NCBI GenBank assembly: GCA_030248215.1
Contig: JASANG010003345.1
Span: forward strand, 372,001 to 436,000
From: Enoplolaimus lenunculus
Taxonomy: Eukaryota
Direction of reading: 5' to 3'
DNA length: 64,000 nt
Made by a program: the position numbers and the translations under genes. Under the pieces are notes generated by a model. That model saw nothing but the letters and a program-made list of their open reading frames with translations. It was not told where the DNA came from and searched no databases. Positions within the stretch are counted from its first letter, which is position 1. The number at the start of each line of letters is the position of its first letter. Positions 24,061 to 36,536 of this stretch are shown one piece after another.

Positions 24061-24560
24061 TATATGTTGTAGACCAATCTGTTGTTATTCAGCCTAATTA
24101 CTAACTGGCCGAAGCCAATATCGTGTTCTGAGCAAATAGCAATTAGCAAGTGGGCACTATGTGAAATGGCAACAAATTGTGAGATGTAGCTGAGTTGAAC
24201 AACATGATGAAAAACCAACCCTAGTTGGTTGTTGGTATTATGTTTGACCATATTATATATCGCTGGGCAATCTGCTATTCAGGATAATTACTAATTGGCC
24301 TTGGCCAATCTGCGATTTTATGTAATAGCAGTTTGGCTTGGGCTAAACTGCTATTTATTAAACATGTAGACCAATTAGTTTTGATTATTTGGACGAACGC
24401 AATACTGTTAACCAATCAGGGTTTGTTTTACACTACTGTTATTACACGTTACCTCACAATCGTTATTTTGTCTAGGCTGAACTGCTATTAGCTTCGAATA
24501 GCAGATTGGCCAACGCCAATTGGTAAATGGCATGAATAGCAGATTGGCCTACGACATATA
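24061..24560. mobile_element. Foldback MITE built from GGCCAATCTGCTATT modules
   Basis: TATATGTTGTAGACCAATCTG / CAGATTGGCCTACGACATATA; relatives at ~33274-33399 and ~54334-54455. Confidence 0.75.
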
Positions 24561-24711
24561 TGTTAGCGTATTATGAAATGAAATTCGATTAGTTTACTTT
24601 TTTAAGTATCGAGCCTCAATGAATAATCAGAGGTTGATTAATAAGAGCCAAGTAAGCGTACTGTTCACGGCTGGAATAGGAGTTTTTCAGTGCCTGAACG
24701 AATATCTAAAG

Positions 24712-25128
24712 CAGGGTGGAAACAAAGGTGCGGATTCGGATTCGGCAAAAATTTGAGGTTCGGATTCGGCTGTGGAAAAGCCGAATCCAAAAGCCGAATC
24801 CAACAAAGTTCGGCAATGTTTTTTTCATTTTTAAGGAATAAAATTTTTAAATACCTTGCTTTAAAAATCAATATTTTTTATTTCAGGTGAGAAATCTCAG
24901 AACTGACGTCGGGACGAAATATATTAACGTATTAAAAGTTATACGGCTGGCATTGCGTTGATATTCTGAAACAAATTACGTATAGAAGATACATATATCT
25001 GAAATTTGCAACATGCAGGATTCTGATTCGGTTTCGGATTCGGCAAATTAGCACTGGATTCGGATACGGCAAATTAGCACTGGATTCGGATTCGGATTCA
25101 GTCAAATCGTTGATTCCGTGCCACCCTG
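24712..25128. mobile_element. hAT-like MITE with GGATTC subterminal repeats
   Basis: CAGGGTGG / CCACCCTG termini; TSD only partly preserved (ATCTAAAG/ATCTCGCG). Confidence 0.7.
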
Positions 25129-26962
25129 ATCTCGCGATACTTACTTAGTTTTGTGCTTACATCTATGAAATTTGGAAACTTTCAATTTGCATAAGCTTTT
25201 ATTGCTTAAAGTAACTGCGCTAACATTAAACATTTTTGTGGTCTCACCAGGGTTATTGGTCCGGAAAGTGAACTTTGTTTCGATTAAATATAACCAGTTT
25301 ACATGCAAAACACCGTAATGTTACCGCAATATTAACGAGATAAAGTCACTCCAGACACAGAACAGAAGGAATATTGTTTTTCTATTTTTTCCGAAAACTA
25401 GAAAAATATTGTCGACCGTAATTTTCTTCCGGAAAAACTTCCGTGCTTTTCAGAACATCTGTCGGTTCTGGTTCTGAGTCCTCCTTAGACCAGAAAAACT
25501 AACAAGGCTGTAGTGACCACCATATCAGGGATCGACCGGATATTATTTTTATCGGAACTGGAGACAGATGTTAACCGGATATAAAGTTTAAATTTGTGCA
25601 CTGCTGGAATTATTTGAGTCGTGCAAAAATACGTATGTTTTTACAGATTTATAATTGTTTGACTTGAAATTTTCATTGCTTGTCAGTGTCCACTCTTTAC
25701 ATATATACTTTAAAATGCCGTCGCTGCATAGTATTTAGGATTTCCACTTCTATATTCTGGACTACAACCGCAAATATCAGGTATATACTTGATAGGTTCT
25801 TCATACCGAAACCAGGAAATTCGGTCGATTATCTATGCACCGTGACTTCCAACTGGGATCGGATACGTATTCCTCCGAACTGACACAAAAGCAAAAGTTT
25901 TATGCTTAGTACTAAAATTGCGGTTAGCTTTTCTCGCTCGCTTAACTCACGCCGCTTTTTTGTAATTATATGTGTATAGTATTGCCCATACCTCGTCAGA
26001 AATTTTTCGATTCGCCCGCAGGTGTACGACAGACGCTGTGTATGCTATGTTGCGTTATAAGCAAGAATATTTTGTAGTTTTGCACTTCTTGTTTGGAAAG
26101 CTAAAACTATTTTGTCTAGCTTAGTAATTATTTAGCGTGTTAATGTTTGGATGAGATTATTTTCTCGATAACACGAATATTATTAATATATACGTGTGAT
26201 GATGATAATATGAAGATTAGACCTAATTTCAGTGTCAAAGTCGGCACGAATTAATTGCGTAACTGATTAAATATACAGATTTTTTCGCGCAGTGATGCTA
26301 AAATATAATTAATGTTTTGCCAATGTATTTTGGCAACGCTGTTATAAGCAAGAGACTGGGGCCAAAGGTTAATATGGTGTCCGTGGATTACTGGCTTTGT
26401 GACTTGATTAAGTTATGAAGCTTTAAGTGTATTCAAGTGTGCTTATTGAGCAGCAGATGTATGAACTATAAGGTGTAGAAAACCTGGCAGCTCCGTCAGG
26501 CTACAACTGGATATCCGGCTCAGTCAAACAACGGCATCCGGTCTCACGAAATAAAGTAGGTTGCCCTCCCTGGAAAAAGCGCTCCCCGGATCGCTTTTTT
26601 GAAACAATGTGGTTTCTCGGACACTATTTTTCCAAGTTGCACATGGCCCACTCTCAATGGCGGATCCAGGATCTCAGAATGGAGGGCGAAGGGGGGTGGG
26701 CAAAAATTGCACACATTCAATGATTTTGTCAACTTGGCTTTGTTTGTACTATATAATATACTAAATGCGTGCTTTCGATCCAAATAAACTTCTTGTCTTG
26801 TGTTAAAATGTCACTGATGACAACTTGTTTTTTAACATATTGTAGACTGTGTGTACATCATTAATCCACACGCAGACGATGAATTATCGCAAATCACAAA
26901 TAAAACGGCATAACTAATGCCATATGTTGTAAGAAACTTTGTTACCTGTAGGATCCTGGAAA

Positions 26963-27138
26963 CGATGGCGGATCCATGGGGGGAACCCCCGGCCGTGCCC
27001 CCCAACAGCATCTCGACAAAAATTATGTACTTAGCAATTTTGTGACAATAGTTCGTGGTTTGTGTGTTGGTCAAAAAACTAAGTTTATTACCTGTGAAAT
27101 TTTGGCCCCCCCATTTTGAGATCCTGGATCAGCCACTG
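26963..27138. mobile_element. hAT-like MITE family C (CAGTGGCGGATCC type)
   Basis: Perfect 8-bp TSD CCTGGAAA; termini CGATGGCGGATCCA / TGGATCAGCCACTG. Confidence 0.85.
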
Positions 27139-27727
27139 CCTGGAAACACCAAAAATAACTAGGTCAGCGGCACCGATGGAGCTGTACAGGCTCGTAGCCA
27201 GCACACTTTGCTAGAAGGGTCTAAAAAATTTTTTTCAGGAATGGCATGCAATGGTTTTCTTTTTGACTTACAAGCAATGTTGAAATCTTTTAGGTGGGAG
27301 CAAAAATTGTACCAGGCTGATAACGTATGGCACAAAATTTAAACTAACAGCAATTGCTGGTGTCGAACCAATCGTGACGGACGTAATCTGTTGTTTGTCG
27401 GTTGATTAAAGTGTTTGTTAATTTAGTTGGATACGTTCGTATTACTTAAAGTATAATTCGAAAAATTACGCGTTTTCTCCAATTTTTTCGACAGATCACT
27501 ACTGAATGACATGGATTCGGTTCTGTTGTCAATGCATGACGCCAGCTGATTTCACCATATGATAGTCGACGATGCCTATAATAGTTTAAAATCAGTTATT
27601 TTAATAATAGAAGATATATCAGCGAAGGTATATCCACCTAAAGTATAGTCGTAATGGCAACGTTTGGAGGTTAACTTATAATACTTATATAACCTATCCG
27701 ATGGTTGTCTAAATCTAGTTAGTCTAA

Positions 27728-27857
27728 GGGTTGTGCTATACTTGCCGCTAGACGCCGGCGCGCGGCACTGTAAAACTTTTTATTAAAAATTACCGCACGC
27801 TGCCGTTCGGCGGCGTGTGCCGGCGGCTTCCGGCTCAGTATAAGTATAGCACAACCC
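27728..27857. mobile_element. Harbinger/Tourist-like MITE
   Basis: Perfect TIR GGGTTGTGCTATACTT / AAGTATAGCACAACCC flanked by TAA/TTA. Confidence 0.8.
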
Positions 27858-28019
27858 TTAATGTTTCGATTTTTGAGTAATTTATTCGTTTCATACCTGA
27901 TTTTGGTTTACCGATTAGGTTTGTTAATCAAAAACGTTTGTAACAGCCGTTCGAAAATAAAGCAATAGCAAAAATAAAACCTGGCCGCTAGTGTTACTTT
28001 TAAACATAACGTAAGCCTA

Positions 28020-28265
28020 ACTTTTGTTGTCAAGCCTAAATCCAAAGTCTACGCCATAACCCAATTTTATCGTCAAGCCTAAATCCAAAGTCTACCCCAT
28101 AACCAAATTTTATCGTCAACCCTAAACCCAAAGTCTACCCCATAAGCTAATTTTATCGTCAACCCTAAACCCAAAGTCTACCCTATAACCTAATTTTATC
28201 GTCAACCCTAAACCCAAAGTCTACCCCATAATCTAACTTTATCGTCAACCCTAAACCCAAAGCCT
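28020..28265. repeat. 43-bp tandem repeat, about 5.5 copies
   Basis: TCGTCAA recurs at 28070, 28113, 28156, 28199 and 28242; unit AACCCTAAACCCAAAGTCTACCCCATAACCTAATTTTATCGTC. Confidence 0.95.
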
Positions 28266-29916
28266 AGTCGAAGACTCAGCCCAGAGTTGAGTCAAAAACC
28301 AAGATTACGTAAGACTTAAAAAATTCCTTAGCTACACGCTAACTTACTTGCATATTACCTCGTAATAAAATCAAATGCTGTAATAATTAATTACGCAAAC
28401 TAGCATATTACCTTTGCGTAATTATTACAGCATTTGATTATATTACGTTTTTTAAGAATGACGTTTTTGTCAGTGTGTAAACACTATATTCTGTAAGGGC
28501 TAAAGCATTTGATACAAGGCAAATAAACATTCAGTTCAAGGGTTAGTGACAATACCGGATATATGTGTAGCGAAGTGTGGCGGAGTTTTAGATAAGTAAC
28601 ACCTAAATGTCTCGATGAAACCTTTGCAATATCCGGTTAACTCCAACTTACACTGTGTTGTAAGTTGTGTTTTATTGAGCAGTGTTCATTGTCTTTTGTG
28701 CAAACTTATTAAATGAACGCAATGTGTAGTTGCCTGGTAGAGTAGAACCGGACATACAAAAATCCGAAAAAACGATGTGACCGCATGAAACGTACTCATG
28801 GCTACAGTCTTGCTAATCAATGGAATAGTCGACATTATGCAACCGGCGACCAGATATTAATTTACCGGATTTATATCAGAGCCAGATAGAGAATATTTTT
28901 ACTGGGACCGGATATCAACCGGATATAGCATATAAATTGTTAAAGATTGAAGTATATGATCATTGAACGAGAATAATTGTAAGTATAATTTTTCTTTTTT
29001 ACTTACGTAAAAGTATCAAAAGGTGAACTTCTTGGCTTGCCTAAAAATGTAATCGCAGCTAGGTGTTAATGACGTTCACTTGGAAAAAGCAGTTTTAGGA
29101 TATCCGGCTCTGGCAAAGAGTCGACATGCGGCTCCGGGTTCGGTATTCAACTTGCCGGATATGATTTTCTAAAAACTTCAAAAATTTTGTACCATCATTC
29201 CTTATTTACGCCAAGTACGATCGAACTGAATGACTTACTCTTACATTTTTTTCTGTCACACATGTAATGTAAATGTTTACATGTGACCGTGTACGTTCAC
29301 AATCTTTATTGGGTTACAATAACGTTAGAAAACCAGATGTAGATGACGACGAGACTCCCATCCCTGATCGCTTAGCCACCTCTGTTTTATAGTATCTACG
29401 GAAGACTGGATGCCCTTAAAAGAAACATGAAACGAATATCGCAACTGGACACAATACGCAACGCTACAAAAACACAGAACAGTATAAGGACGCTGTTTAG
29501 AAATACATCGGCGTGAGATGTTAAATTTTGTCGCGTAAACACTTTGGGTACGTTCAGCCAAGGAAGGAAGAACTATAAGCTACGTTCTGATATTTGAATG
29601 CAATCTAGTATTAGATTTGAATTCATTATCCGGTTTCGGCTCTGACCGGATACTAGGTTATCCGGCTCCGTCTGTTTTTGGTATCCGGTCGCACCCTTCT
29701 ATTGTAAATACGCGGCAGTTTATACCGAATATAGGATACGAATATCGATTTTTGCCAGATGTAACACCGGATCCTGATATCCGGTAATATGGGGAGCGAA
29801 AGCACGGAATCTGGACGCGCCTTTAAAATTAAATAAAAGGTGGTCTAATAGATCGCTCTACGAGATAAATTCAAAGGTACGTATATACCGCACTGATTTG
29901 AAAAACAAGTATCTAT

Positions 29917-30295
29917 CAGGGTACAACCCGAGGTCTGCCCCCGGCTCCGGCGGAAAATCGGCCTCCGGCTCCGGTAGAATTTTTGACGGAGGTTCTGGCA
30001 ATTCCGGTAGTAGAATTTTGCATAATTTTGCAAAATTTATCTGTTTAGCGCCTTTCGTTCAACGTTTGTCACAATTTTCAGGAAAGAATTTCCGAAATTT
30101 CGCAGAAAATTAGCGTCAAACCAAACAACTTTTTAATAACATGTTGCAGATATTGGCTAAAATTAACTAATTAACCATCATTTTTACTACCTAATTTCGC
30201 CTCACCTCCGGCTCCGGCAAGTTTCGTTGACCTCCGGCTCCGGCAAGTTTTGTTGACCTCCGGCTCCGGCATTTTTCACCTCCGGTTGCACCCTG
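29917..30295. mobile_element. hAT-like MITE with CTCCGG subterminal repeats
   Basis: CAGGGTACAACC / GGTTGCACCCTG termini; perfect TSD GTATCTAT. Confidence 0.9.
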
Positions 30296-30902
30296 GTATC
30301 TATCATTCGTTAGTTATTGCTTTTGTCTCGTAACATAACATAATATGCATCTCAGCTTGTAGCTTTTGTTTGTGTGTGTATTATATAGAGACTGTAGTGT
30401 TTATATGTTGACATGTAATATACGTATTTACGTATTTTTGATACAATCCAGACATGGTAGTGTAGCGACAGTAATGACCTTTTGAACGGAGTAAAGCGTA
30501 ACCAGTGATTTTACTTCGGGAGGATATATAATCAGGGGCGTCCGAAGAAAATTATGTTTGAGCGGAACGAATAATTTTGGGGCGCCCGTACAATTATAAT
30601 AATGTAGAAGACATTTTTTTGACTTCTTTGATTTAGAAGGTTACTTTTTAACGCACATCGATAGGCTTTTTGTTGTCGGCGGAATTTTTGGGACGGGATA
30701 TATCTCGGTTGTCTATCCGTCTTGTATATACGCCCCTGTTTGAACAATCAAAATCAGACCTGGATAGTTGTATCAATATGCTAGGAGGCTAAGAAATGTT
30801 GTTCATTATTGGCATGCAATGATTTTAGATGAGTTTGTAAGCGAAGGTTAAAACTTTTAATAGGACTACAATTTTTCCAGGGAATGGGGCGCTCTTGCGC
30901 TG

Positions 30903-31160
30903 TGTCAGCATGTGAGACATGCTTTTCAGTCATGTGCATATGCCATATAGTGCAGTGCACTGTATGTATGCTAGCTGGCAGCATACGGTCGTTACATATA
31001 GTCGACAAACAATGCAGTTGGAGAGGCGGGCTGCGTGGCGCAGTGGTAGAGTGTTCGCTTAAGGATCCGTAGGCTGATGGTACGATCGCCGCTCTGGAGG
31101 CCGGCTTTTGCAGGTGCTTAGTAAAAAGGTCTGCTGTCCCGAATTCTACCTAGTCTGACA
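30903..31160 (+). mobile_element. Solo-LTR-like element with tRNA-like cassette, copy 2
   Basis: TGTCAG...CTGACA termini; TSD CGCTG/CACTG; A-box TGGCGCAGTGG; decayed B-box GGTACGATCG; AGTAAA downstream. Confidence 0.85.
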
Positions 31161-31623
31161 CACTGAGCATGTGTGTTGTACATTATTACCGTTGATTGTA
31201 ACAACGGATGCAGCAAACTTCTGGCGACAGGTGTCCGTGCGATGAGTAATAACGGCAAACGATCTCGAGCGAGAAACTAAACGCAATTTTAGAGCTAAAT
31301 CTTAACGCAAGATATCGATTTTTAGCCCTACTGGACGGCGTTTGTTTAGGTGTTTTTTGGGGGGCGCAACCGGTTGATTGCCACTGTCGGTTTTGTCAGG
31401 TTGTCAGGCAGCCGCTATTACGCATTGATAAAAAAAGTCAACGCTAGACAGAGACAAACACGGCAGTTTTTTTCAAATCGAGTTATTTTTGGGAACAATA
31501 ACAAGAAAAAGACACATCTTATAGATGATGCAATCAAAATTTGAAAGCCAATATCCGGACGGAAGGAGACCCCAACACAAGGGGGGGGAAAACACAAGAC
31601 CGTATTCTCAAATGTGTGTAGCA

Positions 31624-31797
31624 CCTATCACCAGTTGGCGATAGGTCCTGTAACTTTGGTACCAGCGTATAGTGAGGAGGTTCGAAATTCAGCGCACTGT
31701 TTGCGTTTGAGTTGCGTTACTGCTTGCTGTACCAATTTTGAGCTGTGCAATTGCAGCACTTTGTCAGTTTGAAAACCTATCGCTAACTGATGGTAGG
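31624..31797. mobile_element. Small TIR element
   Basis: CCTATCACCAGTTGGCGATAGG / CCTATCGCTAACTGATGGTAGG; a related end lies at ~42960. Confidence 0.6.
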
Positions 31798-32690
31798 TGG
31801 ATATACGCATTTGACATTATGGGTCCTCAGTTTTTGGTGAATTATTTATATGAAAAAATAAGTTGTCAAGTGTAATAAATTCAGCAGAACAACGCCGGAG
31901 CGCGGTGCCGGAATTTGGGTTGCTCTTTGATTCAAGATGATATTTTAAGTTAGGCTGGTCTTGTTTTGAATACTTTTTTTGAAAGAAACCGTGGGCGACA
32001 CAGAGTGCGATATATAATAATCTGCGGTTCTGGGACGCCCCCGTATTTATCGTATAACGACCGTTGTATGCTGAAAATTTTGTTACATGGATATAATTCG
32101 ATCGCCGACATATGATGGTATTATTTCCGCAAAATATTTCGAGTTCTTGTCGTATTCCATTAACTTAGCGAGGCGGATTTGTTTATGTTAGGCATATCTG
32201 TAGTGTACATAAAACCAGTTATGAATTTGTCATATACTGACAACACTGTGTAACTAACATACTGGAATATCCTTTGACAGTGTACGCCGAATCTGGGGAT
32301 ATATAAAATAGGAGGGATTAAACAGCTCAGATCTGTCGTATCGAAATTTTTGGAAAGAAAAGAAAAAGTAGTTTTAACTCGCTTGAGGTTCAGACGAGCG
32401 AACTTTCTAGATTTTAAAAGATAAAATTTTCTGGAACAAAGTTTTAGTTTCGAATAAAATACTTGTAGACAACTGTGGTTTTGGCGTTCTACTATGAGAA
32501 CCGCTTAGTGCGGAGGGAGGGGCTGGGGGCGGCAGCCACTATCCTGCTAGGGTTATTTGCAATTGATGGGATCAGGAGCGGCAGCCAACCTGAAAGCTAC
32601 GCAAAGCACGAACATCCCCTAACCCACAATTAAAGTCTTGGTTTCTATACTTCACTGTCGTTTTTTGGATCCATAGTTACCTATTCTGAG

Positions 32691-32848
32691 CACTAGCGGA
32701 TCCAGAGGTGGCGGGGGGAGTACGCCCCCTCATCAGAAATTTTTTTGGGTTAAAATGGTAATCCCCCTACGCTACCTTACAATTTTTGCGTTTCATCATA
32801 ACATTTGCCAGCACGTCTCCCCGTCAGAAATTTTTGGATCCGCCTCTG
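32691..32848. mobile_element. hAT-like MITE family C
   Basis: Perfect TSD ATTCTGAG; GCGGATCCA / TGGATCCGC termini; relative at ~16045-16290. Confidence 0.85.
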
Positions 32849-34670
32849 ATTCTGAGTGCGTAGGAAGAGGTTCGTTAGCCTGATGTAAATGTGTCTTGGC
32901 GGCGACCATAGCGAGTGATAAAAAATTATAACGTCAAGAATCCTCCGACAGGTGTTTAAAAGTTATCTTTTGGTGTTGTTTGTTGGCGAATTTGGGATGG
33001 AGATATGCTACTCTATCACGATTCTCTTTGTGTTCACCGCCGCTTAGCCCACGCTTAAGCTTCAGGGTTGTGCACATCGGTGTACGTAGTTGTTTCCTGG
33101 AATTCAGTTAGTCAATATTTGTGTTCGAAGGGTATGACCTCTCATGTGAGAAGAATTTTTTGTTTGACCACTAAGATCCATGTTATTGTAATGTTCGGTA
33201 AAAGTAATATATATTTATACGTCCTATATTCTTGCACGGACGGTTTAGAAGACATATATGTTTTCCATCTTGTATGTGTCATAGGCCAGGCTAATTACCT
33301 ATTGGCCTAGGATAAGCTGCTATTTGCTCAGAATAGCAGATTGACCTGGGCCATCAGGTAGGTAATTGGTCCGAATAGCAGATTGGCCTACGACGTATAC
33401 GCACGCCTCCAGTTGCGTTGTTTTATTATAATCGTTTCCCCTCTTAATAGTTATTGACTTGTAGAGTATTATATGTCAGGCGCCTGTTAGCTGAGTATGT
33501 GTGTGTTTATATTTAACTGTACAGTTGTTATCGTAGTCAGACAGGCGTCGATTTGCGTCGCCGGCGCCGCAGTGTTATAGTTTTTAAATTGATGATTATT
33601 CTGTGTTTATTGTTAGTTGAATTTGTTTGATGTGTTTCGCTGACGACGGGTCCAGGTTATTACTGTGTGTGTAATGGGGGGTGCGTGATATATAATAATG
33701 AAAATAAAACGTACGCGAGTGATAAGACGAACGCCATGTTACAGTGTCGAACCCGTAGTAAAATACAACAGCTATATTTAGATTCATATTGGTGGACTAG
33801 GTCAGGATTACCTTCCGTTGGATCCGTCAGTGGATGGCGGTGTTCTCGGTTCGACACGTGGGTGCCGCTACGGTTTCATATTAATGAGGGTTGGGCTGTC
33901 GGGTCGCGAATGTTTGACGTTGCGTGATTGGGTACTATTGTGTAAATTCTACGTTGGTAGCTGGCATTTGCGAAAATTGTATCCAGCGTTAAGTAGTTTT
34001 TTAATGAGTTAAAAGTCGTAAGGGGGGTATATCCCGAATTTTTAAACTGAGCACCCGCTTAATATTGTGAAAACATCGACGCAATGAAGCGTTTTGGCTT
34101 CGTAAAGGGCGCCCAGAAACAGGCACGTGGCTTTACCATTAGACTGAATTTAGTTGTTTTGTCAGATATCGACTAATTAAGATTAGTATAGTAGGGGTTG
34201 TAATTGCAATAAATGGCTAATGAATAACATCGTAGAGTGTAATCTGCGTGTCCTTAAATGGTATCAATAAAAGTACCGGTCAGCCACCATAGGTGTGCGG
34301 TGGTCTTTAATTGATCTCGAAAAAAATTTTTGTATATTTTGGCTTCTTGTGATTTGTGTAATAGCTGATCATTCAACGACGTATATTAGACTCATTTTCA
34401 AATTTGAATTTTTGAAAAATTCGGTCAAAAAGTTGAATAATTTAACAATCATTCGACGGTTGCTGACAGAGCTGAGTCGAATGGTGTCTAACAATCATAC
34501 GACGCGGCTGACAGAACTGAGTAGAATGGTGTCACATTTTCTGAGATTCGACTCTGGTTCAAAAGTTATGGTCCAATAGTCGATTTGACGCACTGACGTC
34601 TTGTGGATGGGAAAAATAAATTTCTTGAAGATTCAAATTCGGGTGTGAAATTATCATGGGAGGTCATATG

Positions 34671-35055
34671 CAGGGATCGACCGGATATTAATGTTACCGG
34701 GTACCGAAACCGGAACAGGATAGTGAATTTTGTACCGAAACCGGAGCCGGATGTTAACCGGACATAGGATCTAAATTTGTACACTGTTGGAAGTATTTTG
34801 AGTCGTTCAAAAATACGCATTTATGGAGATTTAAAATTAATTTTTGGTTTGGATTTTTCATTCCATGTCAGTGTCCGTCCATTCATAAATTGCTCGGAAT
34901 TGCAGTCGCTTTAAAATATCTAGTATTTTGATGTGCAAAAAATCGTTTTGTAATATTTGGACTATAAATATCCGGTATCCGGTAGGTTTATACCGGATAC
35001 GAATGTCTGATTTTGCCGGATATTAAACCGGAACCGGATATCCGGTCGATCCCTG
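34671..35055. mobile_element. hAT-like MITE family D (CAGGGATCGACCGGATAT)
   Basis: 18-bp TIR; TSD GTCATATG/GTCATAAG; other left ends at ~12747 and ~25526. Confidence 0.9.
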
Positions 35056-36322
35056 GTCATAAGATGCTAAAATATGCAGTTTTCCAAATCCAACCATTTT
35101 GAGCAAACGCCACCTGACAGGTGAAATCAAGGAGGGAAGATCCGTTTATTTTACTATCGTTTACTATTTAGTGGTTTTAGAATATTTAAAAATTAAAATT
35201 TACACTATATATTTCTATTTTTATGTGTATATTTTATGATTTGTAAATAATTATATATATATATGTAAGCAACGGCTCATATCTTGATCGCAGTGTAGAA
35301 AGTGATGTTATGTTGGCGAATGTATGTTGTAAACGAACGAAATTACACCAAACCATGAGCTTCAGTGTAATTTGCTGTTGGACACACTTGTGTATATATA
35401 AGAAATCTAAATCAATACCTACATAATGTGGATCGATAATTAACGCCGTTGCTGAAGCGAGAAATTTGCTTGTTGATGAGAAAGTAAGTGAAGAGTGGCA
35501 AAACCGATGCTTATTTACGTTCAGCAGTAGGCTGAGGCTCATATTTAGCCTGAACGCTTTGTCTATGCGAGAAGTGAAGCTTAGGTAACTAATAAATAGA
35601 ATGTGGGTAGACGGAAAATACGTAAGTAACCACGGTGCGACCGGATATATATTAATTTACTTGGAATTGGGTATATATAGGACAGCGATTTTTTGCCGGA
35701 ACCGGATATCAATCGGATGTAGCATCTTAACTTGTATAGTCAATTGAAGTATTTCGAGTCGTGCAAAAATACATATGTTTGCCGAATTACAATTAATTAT
35801 TAGTGTCAGGTTGAATTTTTGTATTTGTATTTGTATTTGTTTATTGAGCAGTAAATAATGGAATACATGTAAAAATAACATATACAGAATTTTCGTTTCT
35901 GCTTCATCGTATCAAAATTTGAGCTTCTTGATTTGTTACGCAGTCGCAATCGCGTCAAGACATTAAAGACGCCCAATTCGAGACCGCCACCCACCGTAAA
36001 TATCCGATAAAATTTGGATTTCCAATTTTGATTGGCTACAATTTCGACGTCGGGATTCCGATTTTTCGGTAATGAGTTGTTTATCGGTGAGAACTTAGAC
36101 GACGACTTTACCTGAATGCCATGCGCCTCCTGAAAAATCGTTAGCCGCCCTCGCTAGCAAGGTGGACTGGCAACGGGCGTATGTTTTAGATAGGTGTTCG
36201 TTTTGATTCTAGGCTGTGTCTTGGTTTTAACAAGTGATATTGTACAAAGAGCGGGGCTACAAACATAGTGCGTACCTGAATCTGTGACAAAGTTGGTATT
36301 AAAGGTGTTGCATAGTAGTACG

Positions 36323-36502
36323 ATGAGCGACAACAAACCAGTAGGCGTCAGCGCGGCGTTAACACGTCCGTCGTCAACGTTTGGTAGTGTTGGCAGATCG
36401 CCAGATGGAGGTAAAATGCCACAAAATCAACAACAACTCCAACCAACGTCTGGTGCGATTTCCAGTGACGCTAATGCAGTTTATGAAAGGGCAACTGGTA
36501 TT

Positions 36503-36536
<34 letters not shown>

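Noticed and set aside
31026..31103. Functional tRNA gene (also 14694-14770, 58082 and 60045)
   Set aside because: Anticodon and T arms do not pair properly, copies diverge at invariant positions, and they are embedded in repeats.
33538..33570. Schnurri silencer element near CAGAC-A-GGCGTC and GCCGGCGCC
   Set aside because: The spacing between CAGAC and the GC element is 1 bp and does not fit the composite motif.
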